From the NCBI GenBank assembly GCA_051362555.1, contig CM120642.1:18166001-18230000 (forward strand): 64,000 nt of DNA, written 5' to 3'. Of this stretch, positions 38,997 to 50,286 are shown piece by piece. How positions within the stretch are numbered: the stretch's first letter is position 1; each line of letters opens with the position of its first letter. A model generated the notes under the pieces. The model saw only the letters and a program-made list of their open reading frames with translations, was not told the DNA's origin and did not search any database. The stretch is from Lingula anatina. Taxonomy: Eukaryota > Animalia > Brachiopoda. The position numbers and the translations under genes were made by a program.

Positions 38997-41657
38997 AATA
39001 ATTTGTAATGTTTGTAAGTGACATGAGTGAATAAGGAGCGAGGAGTGTTTTGTAGAGTAACTAGAGTTGATTGACATGCTCATATGGTATTTATACAACT
39101 GTGCGTAATGTAAACGGGGGGAGAAGGCCGCTAGAGATTGAATGAGGTAGAAATAGAAATGAAGAAAGCGGCGCGGGTAACAACCGGAAAGTAGTTTAAT
39201 AAATAATAAGAAAGACTATAACTGAGTTGTATTTGCTACCTCAGGTAACATCATTAGAAGATAAAGACAACAACTTCGTCACAATTTTTTATTTATGATC
39301 CAACTACCAAGCTAATGAACATTTCTGCTCATTGTTGAAATTTCCTTTTAAATTACATGCGTGGTATAGGAAAAATTTGCCCTAGAATATGCCGTTGTAT
39401 ATTGTACTATAATAGTACCCGCCCGATGCCAAATGAATCCAGAGAAAGGAAATACATTATAACCTTTACGGCAAAATGTTGCGATAAGGACGCTAAGTCG
39501 AGGTGATGATTTCATTTCTTTTAATCTTGATTCAGTATATGGTTGTTTCAAAAATTAATTCAAACTGTTTTCAACTTAAAACTTTCATTCCAGGTTCCAC
39601 TTTTTGTAGCAGTGTGTTAATTGTCATTTAAACAAAAGTTGATAATTAAAGGGTTTAGGATGGAAAAATTATCAGGAAGCAGGAAAGAATGGAGAAAAGG
39701 GCATTAATAAAGCCACCATTCACTCTCTTCGATTTTCTTCTTTCACCCATCCCTTCCTAATTTGCTAGGCCACTATCACCAGGTTCACAATCTAACATTG
39801 AGAAGACACTAGGACACAGGTTGAATTAAAAAATACTTATATATAGGAACTAAACCGAAGCCTTAAAATGTAATTAATGATCAATTTTTTTTTTACACAA
39901 TCAAGATGCAATATAAAAATAGCTTTATTATTATTTTTCAATATTTACAAAAAAAAAGTATACGACTAAAGGTTCCTTTTTCTTTTTTGGCTGAAAAACA
40001 TGAAAATATTTTTGCTGTGGAGATTTTTTAATCAACTAGTATTTTCTAAATCGAGCGACACATAAATACATAATTATTAAAACAGATGAAAGGAACAAAG
40101 AACTATGCGTTAGTAATCAATTTTAATATTTGAGATCTTAAAAGTAACTATGACAATAACACGAAAGCGCACCGAAAGTTGCGCGATGAATACCATTGGC
40201 CAGCAACGCCACACAAACTTTCACCCTAGTGTATAGTTCACGTGTTTTAGAAATGTTCCGTTATTATTCTGTAATAAGCCTTACGCATGAAATCCCTCTT
40301 TTTAAAAGCAATAGAATAAACTTTAATAATACATTATTATTGATTAACCATTTAGATCCTAACGATATTTTTACAAAGATATATATACAGGGTAAACTTA
40401 TAGACTTTTCAATGACACTATGAAGTTGCAATGAATATTACGTTGATACGAAGGCGTTGATATATTTACCTGTTCACATTATCTTTAGCTTGAATATTCT
40501 GAGGCAGTCATAGGAATATTAATATATTATACGTTTGCCAGCCTTTTCACATGGTCGTGTTTGTAACAAATTTCAAACCAGTGATCTGACCTCGCAAATC
40601 AGCCAGGTCACCTTTATCTTTCTTTATTTTTTCTGTTTGCCTATGATCATCTTTTTTATCCCTCCTTTTTCACGACAAAAAGATAAACTCCAAACAATCC
40701 GACTACCCTAATTTAACATACATTTTATTTTCTCATCAACGGATATCTCGGACCGGGTTTAGGGGGTGGGGGTGGGGGGGGCTGACCTCCCCTTCGATTT
40801 CTGACAAAAATCACACCAATGGTCTCCTCTTGAAATTAGAATTTGGACCAGCTGAATAATAGTTCTAAACCGTACCAAATGACACCATTCGCACTCTAAA
40901 ATACCAAAACTTTTCCTTTCACCTGGTCCGAACCTTATGCCGGGGGTGGGGGGGGGGGGGGGGGGCGTTTTGGGGGGGGGCTAGTAGACGTTTTATGTGC
41001 AAAAAATATTCATTTGTTTCAACTGTCTGGTATAAGTTAATCAAGATATTTCATATAACCTTCTGCTGCTTCCTTTCGTTTCGTAAAATCACAATAACGT
41101 GTTTTCTGTTGCTCAGAATAACAAGTCAGTTGATTACAACATATATTTCAGAGTACTGAGTAGGTGGCTGTACATGCTAAGTCCAGTGTACTTTCAATTG
41201 ACTCACTGCAATTCACTACAAACAAAACACCCATGCTCCCTCAGGCTGCCTCAAAAATGCAGTCACCCTACGTCCTATTACATTATCCTCATTTTGAATC
41301 AGTGCTCGAATACCACGCACTATAGGGGCCAGCGAGCAGTTCACAGCTACCTGTACCAGTTTAACGGACATCGTGCCTATCATAATTTTGGGGAGAAGGT
41401 ATGTTGCTCAGCAATTGTCCTCAAATTTGCCTGTACATTTCGCATCAACAGCTTAATACATATTATTCTTTTTATAAAATAAAATGATAAACAAACTAAT
41501 CAAAATAAAAATAGTAAATAAAATGTATATGATAATAAGATATTATAATTATTATAATCAATTTTTCGCATCACTGCCAAACGCCACCCCCTATGAACAT
41601 AATGACCTGTGGTGACGACAAGAACGCCACCATGTGACTATGTATGTCACTGAAGGT

Positions 41658-41665
41658 ATATAAGC
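41658..41665 (+). promoter_or_regulatory. Candidate TATA box for the repeat-array transcript
   Basis: TATATAAG followed ~27 nt later by an Inr-like TTCATTT (~41685), at the transition from AT-rich to GC-richer sequence. Confidence 0.5.
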
Positions 41666-41685
41666 GCGAGATTTTGAAATTGCGT

Positions 41686-44600
41686 TCATTTAACACAGAC
41701 AGATCTGGAGCAACAAGGAGGATGTACTGCGCCTCGTATCAAGCGAAAAGGACACAGGAGTCAACTCGCATTTCTCCGAATCTTTTCCTCATCCCAAGTC
41801 AACGCATCGCTCATCGACAAATGCTGTTTCTTGCACACGCAGTCGTCTGGACGGTGGATTCGACGTTTCTCTTAGCTGGCCAGCTTTAACCTTCGCTTCT
41901 CTCCACGAGGACTCGTCACTCAGGAATCTTCGCAGGATACACCATCGTCTCTCTGCTTTTGTGGGCTTCATTGTTTTAGCGTCATTGCATGTGTTTCCAT
42001 GCATTCCAGGTTATTTCTTATTGCAGGTCCAGGATGCAGAGTGCTGATATAGGTAAGAAAGCTAATTAATCCGTATTTATTTCTGTTAACAGAACTCGAT
42101 TATGGCGATTCCCGATAGAGCTCCCACTGACAACTGCAAGGAGAAGAGGGCCACGTCTACACTTCAGATACTTCGATCAATCCTTGGTGCCAGCGAGTCC
42201 TGTCATGGTCTGTCTACAAGGTGGCTGCATTGGGGGAAGAGTCAACGACATACGGTGTTTCACTGAGATGGAGAATCCTTAAAGGTATTGTGTCATTGGG
42301 AGGGGGGAAAGTATAGAAAACTCATTAATCCATTTTACTTTGTTTACAGAACTCAAGGTGGTTGCATTGGGGAGAACGTCCAGCGAGTCCTGCCATGGTC
42401 TGTCTACGAGGTGGCTGCATCAGGGGAAGCGGCCAGCGAGTCTTGCCATGGTCTGTCTACGAGGTGGCTGCATCGGGGTAAGAGTCCAAGGCATATGGTG
42501 TTTCACTGAGAAGGAGAATCCTTAAAGGTATTGTGTCATTGGGAGGGGGGGGGAGTATAGAAAACTCATTAATCCATTTTACTTTGTTTACAGAACTCGA
42601 GGTGGTTGCATTGGGGAGAACGTCCAGCGAGTCCTGCCATGGTCTGTTTACGAGGTGGCTGCATCGGGGGAAGCGTCCAGCGAGTCTTGCCATGGTCTGT
42701 CTACGAGGTGGCTGCATCGGGGGAAGCGTCCACGGATATGGTGTTTCACTGAGATGGAGAATCCTTAAAGGTATTGTGTCATTGGGAGGAGGGGAAAGTA
42801 TAGAAAACTCATTAATCCATTTTACTTTGTTTACAGAACTCGAGGTGGTTGCATTGGGGAGAACGTCCAGCGAGTCCTGCCATGGTCTGTCTACGAGGTG
42901 GCTGCATCGAGAGAAACATCCAGAGCATCCTGCCATGGTCTGTCTGCGAGGTGGCTTCCTCAGGGGAAGCGTCCAGCGAGTCCTGCCATTGTCCGTCTAT
43001 GAGGTGGCTGCAGCGGGGGAAGCGGCCAGGGAGTCTTGCCATGGTCTGTCTACGAGGTGGCTGCATCGGGGGAAGCGTCCATGGATATGGTGTTTCCCTG
43101 AGAGGGATAATCCTTAAAGGTATTGTGTCATTGGGAGGAGGGGAAAGTATAGAAAACTCATTAATCCATTTTACTTTGTTTACAGAACTCGAGGTGGTTG
43201 CATTGGGGAGAACGTCCAGCGAGTCCTGCCATGGTCTGTGTACGAGGTGGCTGCATCGGGGGAAGCGTCCAGCGAAGCCTGCCATGGTCTGCCTACGAGA
43301 TGGCTGCATCAGGGGAAGCGTCCAGCGAATCCTCCCATACAAGGCATATGGTGTTTCACCGGGAAGGAATATCCTTAAAGGTATTGTGCCATTGGGAGGG
43401 GGGAAAGTATTGAAATCTCGTTAATCCATTTTACTTTGTTTACAGAACTCAAGGTGGCTGCATAAGGGGAAGCGTTCAGCGAGTCCCGCCATGGTCTGTC
43501 TACGAGGTGGCTGCATCGGGGGAAGCGTCCACGGCATATGATGTTTCACTGAGATGGAGAATCATTAAAGGTATTGTGTCATTGGGAGGGGGGAAATTAT
43601 AGAAAACTCATTAATCCATTTTACTTTGTTTACAGAACTCAAGGTGGTTGCATTGGGGAGAACGTCCAGCGAGTCATACCATGGTCCGTCTACGAGGTGG
43701 CTGCATCGAGAGAAACATCCAGAGCATCCTGCCATGGTCTGTCTGCGAGGTGGCTTCCTCAGGGGAAGCGTCCAGCGAGTCCTGCCATTGTCCGTCTATG
43801 AGGTGGCTGCAGCGGGGGGTGCATCTAAGGCATATGGTGTTTCACTGAGATGGAAAATCCTTAAAGGTATTGTGTCATTGGGAGGGGGGGAAAGTATAGA
43901 AAACTCATTAATCCATTTTACTTTGTTTACAGAACTCAAGGTGGTTGCATTGGGGAGAACGTCCAGCGAGTCCTGCCATGGTCTAAGAGGTGGCTGCATC
44001 GAGAGGAAGCATCCTGTGAGTCCTTCCATGGTCTGTTTATGAAGTGGCTGCAGCGGGGGAAGCATCTAAGGCATATGGTGTTTCACTGAGATGGAGAATC
44101 CTTAAAGGTATTGTGTCATTGGGAGGGGGGAAAGTATAGAAAACTCATTAATCCATTTTACTTTGTTTACAGAACTCAAGGTGGTTGCATTGGGGAGAAC
44201 GTCCAGCGTGTCCTGCCATGGTCTGTCTACGAGGTGGCTGCATCAGGGGAGTCCAAGGAGGCCTGCCATGGTCCGTCTACGAGGTGCCTGCATCGTGGGA
44301 AGCATCCAGAGCGTTCTGCCATGGTCCGTCTACGAGGTGGCTGCATCAGGGGAAGTGTCCAGCGATTCCTGCCATGGTCCGTCTACGAGGTGGCTGCATC
44401 GGGGAAGCGGCCAGCGAGTCCTGCCATGGTCCGTGTATGTGGTGGCTGCATCGGGGGAAACATCCAATGAGTTTGGCCATGGTCCGTCTACGAAGTGGCT
44501 GCGTCGGGGGAAGTGTTCAGCGAGCCCTGCCATGGTCCGTCTACGAGGTGGCTGCATCGAGGGAAGCGTCGATTATGTCAATTCTCAGAGCTGACAACTT

Positions 44601-44760
44601 CAAGGTAACCTGTGTTATTGGGGGAGAGAATAAGACTATATTGATTTTCCGTTGTAGTCTGTGCCATAAAGCGATCACCTTACTGGCCATTTGAAACTTT
44701 TCTAAAATCTACTGGTCTGAATCGGGGTTCAGTGGTCCAAATACAAATTTCAATAAAACT
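41686..44760 (+). ncRNA. Candidate multi-exon repeat lncRNA (tandemly amplified exon+intron unit)
   Basis: Introns 42052-42092, 42285-42349, 42528-42593, 42771-42836, 43120-43185, 43381-43445, 43571-43635, 43867-43932, 44108-44172 and 44605-44657, all GT...YAG with pyrimidine tracts. Internal exon lengths 178/177/283/195/125/231/175/432 do not keep frame. AATAAA at 44752. Transcription is inferred, not shown. Confidence 0.5.
42190..44570. repeat. Higher-order tandem repeat: ~24 copies of a 53-bp monomer grouped into units by eight ~100-bp spacers, each containing an intron-like 65-66-mer
   Basis: Monomer ccagcgagtcctgccatggtctgtctacgaggtggctgcatcgggggaagcgt (period 53, e.g. 42381 to 42434); spacer ...atggtgtttcactgagatggagaatccttaaag-gtattgtgtcattgggaggggggaaagtatagaaaactcattaatccattttactttgtttacag-aactc. 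Confidence 0.97.
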
Positions 44761-45298
44761 GGTCTGGATTTTAACATAATATTGTTATTAAAAAGACCTT
44801 GACTTTTTTATTTATGTTGTAACAGTTAAAAAGTAAATTAATTCAAAAGCTCTTTTGAAAACTCGCATTAAAATCTAATGGACGTAGCACTTTATTCACA
44901 CATTCTCAAAGATCTACTTGTCCAAGCAATAATTAGTATGTTGCAGTCATTGATTACACAGAATGTTGAAATATTTAAAAAAAAAACAAAAGTTTGATAA
45001 TTCAATAAACAGTCTTAGTAGTAATTAAAGGTGTTGCCGTTTTAGACAACAAAACGAAAAGGAGAAGAGACCCTGGAAAACCCCAACGTGAACACGAGCA
45101 GCTTGTCAACAAGAAGTGCAGTGACCTGAAGACCTGCACTTGTTTGAAATTAAAGAGAGTTTGGAAAGTGTTGTGTAGTCATTGTAAGTGTAGACATTTG
45201 TTTTCTATTTACAACTTCATCAGGAAATTCCTGGTACATACATTTTACAGGTCAAAAGCTCTTTTAATTTGCCATAAACTAAGAAAAGCCCCACTCAT

Positions 45299-45332
<34 letters not shown>

Positions 45333-48300
45333 ATGTTGAAATGCTACCGACCAACATTCAAATCTTCAACAGACTCGATGTGACACCAGTGGCGTTGTGT
45401 CAATGGTCTAGAGTACTAGATTGGCCTCCATCTATCTAGGCTTCCTTTTATTCCTCTTATTCTTCAGTCACTTTCTTTTAGTAGTATCTTGGCACTCTCC
45501 CAATCCGTAGTGTGGTTTTCTCGTGTTGTGTTGTAGAAGTAGACCAGCTTTTCTGTGTAGATTGTTTTTTTTTTTGACTCGAATGTATTTTTTCCTTTCA
45601 TTTATCCTTTCCTATTTCTTCCTGTGTTCTTTACCTCTACTGCTCAACTTTCGTATCTCCAAAAATTTTTGCAACACCCCATTGGATTACATGGAGTCTG
45701 AAGAAGTTGAGAACCAAAGCCTTATGAAACAACAAAATGCTTATTAAAGGTGTTTAAATACCAGTTACATATGTTCTTTGTTGCAGTTACCACAAGATTT
45801 CCATTGTTTTTTTTTTTACTTTTGTCTAAACATGTTGCATTTCATTTGTAGGCTACGAAAGGGAGTTTTCTAGAAATAATACCCGAACGCAGATACACTG
45901 TACCATCAAACCTTAACCAAATGTTCAAGATGTAAAACACTTTACGGCGCCAGCAAAGAGCCCATGTAGCCACTTTCATTGATGGTCGGGCGTCCTAGCA
46001 GTCTTGGGTTTTTAAGGACGGAGATTGTTCTGCAAACAATTAGAGAATGTGGAATGGTAGTGAAGAGCGATATCCTGAATGCAAGAGGAATACTGGTACA
46101 ATCTAGTTATGTACCCAAGTCTTTTGGTTATTGAGAATTTTTGTGGTTCATGGGTCACAGATATGAATGGGATGAAATTGCATTTAGAAACTTTTTTCAC
46201 TTATGGCAGTGAGCCATTTTATTTCAATAGCTAAAGGGAAAACTGAGGTTCAGAATGATCATTCCATAAATGATAAATTGATTAAGATGAATTGTGGTTC
46301 TGTATGAAAATTTTAAGTCAGCCTCTACAGTTATTATAATAATTTTTAAAAAATTAAATCAAGATGTTTTATCCACATTCTAAATGCAGATAGCTTTTTA
46401 CTCACAAAAACAACATTTATGGTCGTCTTTGTTTTATTTCAATCTTGGTGATGTAGTCATTTTTCAAAATTGTGCTTTTGATGATGTGGATTTGTTCGTC
46501 AGTATAGCGTTTGAGAAGATCATAACCCGCACACTAACCATATCTCACAACTGTGTAAAATCTGACTTGGTGTAAATGCTTTTACACGAAGAGGTTTTAC
46601 ATTGATAGCCTGTGCAAAATCTGTAATGAAATATTTCACGTTTCAGAAAACATTTCATTATATTGTTTGCACAGTCTGCTCCTCGCGAGGGATGGCTGGG
46701 TGCACACAGTCAGCTTTCAAGATTGAGGATCGCACATTACTAATATTACTAATATTATGATTTTCTCGAGTGTTATAGTTGACAAACATATCTAATTCAT
46801 CACATATGCACTTTTTTCTCCGGATCAAAAAATTCATATTGAAATTTACATGGACGGCCATACAGTGTAATGTGAGATCTAAAATATTTCGAAGCAAGCT
46901 TGCTATATTCTTTACTTGCATCATAGTTGCAATGTTAAAGTTTAGTTAAGGTGCCCGAGTTATAATCATGTTATCTTTGTATGTATTTTATACAAAAAAA
47001 AGAACTTTAATCAAATTTTGATGGATGCTTTCACTTGTAAAAGGAGAGAGTCGATTTATGACTTCATCCCCTTAGATAAAATTAAAATTAGTCTCGGTTT
47101 AATTATGTTAAGACTGTAGTAAATGTCTCAATTGGCTTCAGTGTCTCTTTCTGTAGGAATTACTTTGGTAAATTCTTATGCTTCTTTACGTGTACAAGTA
47201 TATAATAGTGTATATAGAGGATAGTTTGTAATCACGATTGAAGTTTATTCAGTTGCACCATGCTGTCTAAAACTGGACAATATTCTTCCAATTGTAAGGC
47301 GCTGTGCCGATAAAGAAACTATCATGTTATAAAGACTGAAGTCTCCGGGCGTGGGCATTTTCCCGGCATTACCCCACGAAGGGTTTAGACGGGTTTTCCC
47401 CACGGCCCTCGAGCATCGGGCATCAGCTTCCGACCACAGGACAAGCATTATCAGACTGTTTGCATTCTGATGTTAGATGATAAAAACAGGAATGGAAAAT
47501 CTTAATTTTAAGTAATACTAAGTGTTTTTTGAAATTGAATGCTACTGTTAAGATTGTACATTATAGTTGAATAAAAATTATAATCTTTAATTTTTTTTAT
47601 TTGTTGATAAAACGAAAGACATGAACAGATGGCAAAATAATCACCAGACTTCAAAATTAATGCATATACACGCGGCTCGTTTAATTATCAGTCGAAATTC
47701 TCTTCTCTTCAATTGTCCCTTTTCTCACTAAAATTTAATTGCAAATTTTGCGATTTCTGTCACGCCCATTACTTCCATAAAACCAGGCAATGACCAGGTA
47801 ATGAATTGATTTTTGGTCTTGGAAACAAAGCTGCGGTGTCGCGTACCTTTTTTCTCCGAAAATAACTCGAGCCGATACCAAGACTTAACTGAGTCGGATA
47901 AGTCCCTAAAATAGATCTCTTTACATAAATAAATCCCGCTGTAGATGTAAGAACCCAACACCTCCTGATGTTAGTGAAAGGGGACATTATGTATAAGGGC
48001 GGATCCAGGATTTCCTAGAGGAGAGTTTGTTTCTATTGATTCCCCACCCAAAGAAAAACAAGCATTTTTTAAATTCAATGTGTTGACGAAACTATTCGAA
48101 TTGAGCATTTTTTAAATTAAAGGGATAATAGCTCTTCGTATGAGATCTATATTTCACAATAAAAACATTAATCATTAAAAATAACAAGAATTATTCTGAC
48201 ATATATTTCTAGTTATGAGACGTAAAACTCATATCTCTACTCTCTTTGATAATTTTTAACATTAAAAAGGCCATAACCGCGGCGTAAAACTGCCGAACCG

Positions 48301-48503
48301 ATGCAAATGCACATTACGATTTTATAAAGGTAAACAAGAAATTATAAACAAAATTTTAATGTTCACTGATTTACATCTCTCTCTCTCTCTCTCTCTCTCT
48401 CTGATCTTCTCATTAATTTCGGAATCCGTGTTTTTGCAAATTCAACTTTTATTTAATAAGACCAAGCGTGCATTTTTTTCGGTCACACAGGCCTACGTTA
48501 TTC

Positions 48504-48722
48504 AGGGCCAGATCCAGGATAATTTGAAAGGGGGGTTGGGGGTCGGGGGGGGGGGCGCGGATGCAAAACCGACCCCCACCCCACCCCCTTTGGCTTGGGA
48601 TTCGGGGCCCGCTGATGTCACATTTTACATTGAAAAGGGGACTTTTGGTGTGATTTTTTTTCGGAAATCGAAGGGGGAGGGTCATGACCCCCCTGACACA
48701 CCCCTAACCCCCCTCTCCACTG
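48504..48722. mobile_element. CAGGG(G)CGGATCC-type MITE
   Basis: cagggccagatccaggataatttgaagggg...ccccctctccactg; shares blocks with 37145-37393 and 37655. Confidence 0.65.
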
Positions 48723-49777
48723 TTATTGCTTTTTTTAAAAAACCTCAAACATGGATCTTTGTGGAAATGAAATAAGGTGTAATAATATTAGACTACGTTT
48801 TTTAATGTCAAATCTAGCTTTGTTCTATATGATTTGAAAGAGCAACACCTGCCCTTTTATATGGTATAAAAATATAGGGGGTTACTATTAAATTTGATAC
48901 TGAAAACAGACCTTGAAAATGACCTTTTTGGCCCTTTTAAGCAGGTTTTTCTATGCGTTATATGCTTGCTGCCGGTACATAACTAATAACTGCATTGATA
49001 TGACTGAGCCAGCTCAGAGAGAAATTCAGTTTTCGGGCAAGACTTTCAATAAAAACAATCCCCTTCAAGAACAAGAAATTCTGGATCTGTCCCTTGTAAA
49101 ACGATTACATTTTGGACATTTAAAAAAGAAAATGATTTGAAACCGTGAACTTGGCCTTCGGTTATCACGGACCCGAAGCGGGTTTGATAGACGCCGCAAC
49201 GCAAACCAACAGCACGCATGTGCCAAAGGAAGTAAACTTGTGCACATGGCAGTCAGCGGCTCGAATCGATCGGTACAACTTACGCTTTCCTTCGAGTTGT
49301 TGGAAATGTGGTAGATTCTAGTTTTCGGAGTTTCTTTTCACATTTCTTTCTCTAAGGGCTTGTTGGAAGGATCATTCTCAATTACAAGCGCGTTGTACGT
49401 ATTGTGAATGCATCAGATGATAAAAGTGTGAGGACGACTGAATCCAAGTACAGCCAGGTCAAGCAGTCAATTGCGAGTAGGAACATTTTGTTCTTTAGCC
49501 CTGGTAAATTCTTGGTTAATTAGGTATTGATATATTTAAATTTAAACAAGGAAAGCGGACAGAGGTGCATGCAGACCTCCACCAAGACAAAAAGCTGTCT
49601 AATAGTAAACAGTTAATTAATAAATAAATTGGTTTAAGGATATCCTCACCAAATCAGTCAGTATCACTTTTAAGTCGCCCATATCTGACCTATTGTGAAA
49701 ATTTCATCAAAATTAGTGGCATATGCTGATGACAAGTATAAGGTAAAATACCAGTCATGCTTACAGGCATTTATTGT

Positions 49778-49859
<82 letters not shown>

Positions 49860-49861
<2 letters not shown>

Positions 49862-50032
49862 GGGGTAGCGTTAGCAATTTTTTTTCACTTAGCCAGATCA
49901 CCACATTTTTGTCAATTTGTTATCAAAATGGTTATAATTTGGCTAAAACATGTCATATCAAGCCCTTTTTCTTTAACCAATTTAAGTCAGTTTTAGCATT
50001 TGGCTAAATTGGCGAGTGTTAGCGCTACCCCA

Positions 50033-50033
<1 letters not shown>
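49860..50033. mobile_element. 174-bp TIR element inserted in a (TA)n microsatellite upstream of the main TRMT1L coding exons
   Basis: ctggggtagcgttagca ... tgttagcgctaccccag, flanked by ~80 nt (49779-49859) and ~65 nt (50034-50098) of pure TA repeat. Confidence 0.85.
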
Positions 50034-50101
<68 letters not shown>

Positions 50102-50286
50102 TCAAACATCTAAGTGCATGTGTATAAAATATGAAAAATTAAAGTAATCTACTACACTAGTCTAGTCTAGTCACTAGTCTAGTGCATAGGAGGAGAAATT
50201 TCATTAATTTGTGGACTTACTGTTAAGGATAAAGCAAACTTTTTTGATAAATTTTTTCATCATTGTAGAGAGAACAGGGAGCAGTC

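Noticed and set aside
39160-39250. GC/ETS-like motif plus a CAG|GTAACA donor as an additional first exon
   Set aside because: No linked downstream exon or ORF could be established; too weak without transcript data.
42190-44570. CRISPR-like or ribozyme (hammerhead/HDV) array
   Set aside because: No unique spacers and no cas genes, in a eukaryotic context; no CUGAUGA/GAAA core, and I could not build an HDV double pseudoknot by eye.
42288-44694. Many overlapping 60-194 aa Cys/Arg/Gly-rich ORFs on both strands
   Set aside because: They are frame-rotations of a 53-nt (non-triplet) GC-rich repeat; no frame survives across units with or without splicing.
45302-45330. Poly-A tract as the tail of a retrocopy covering the repeat unit
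   Set aside because: No target-site duplication found, and the upstream unit retains intron-like sequences; similar A/T runs occur elsewhere (e.g. ~17998-18024).
49757-50007. IYIYIY ORFs
   Set aside because: Translation of the (TA)n microsatellite.
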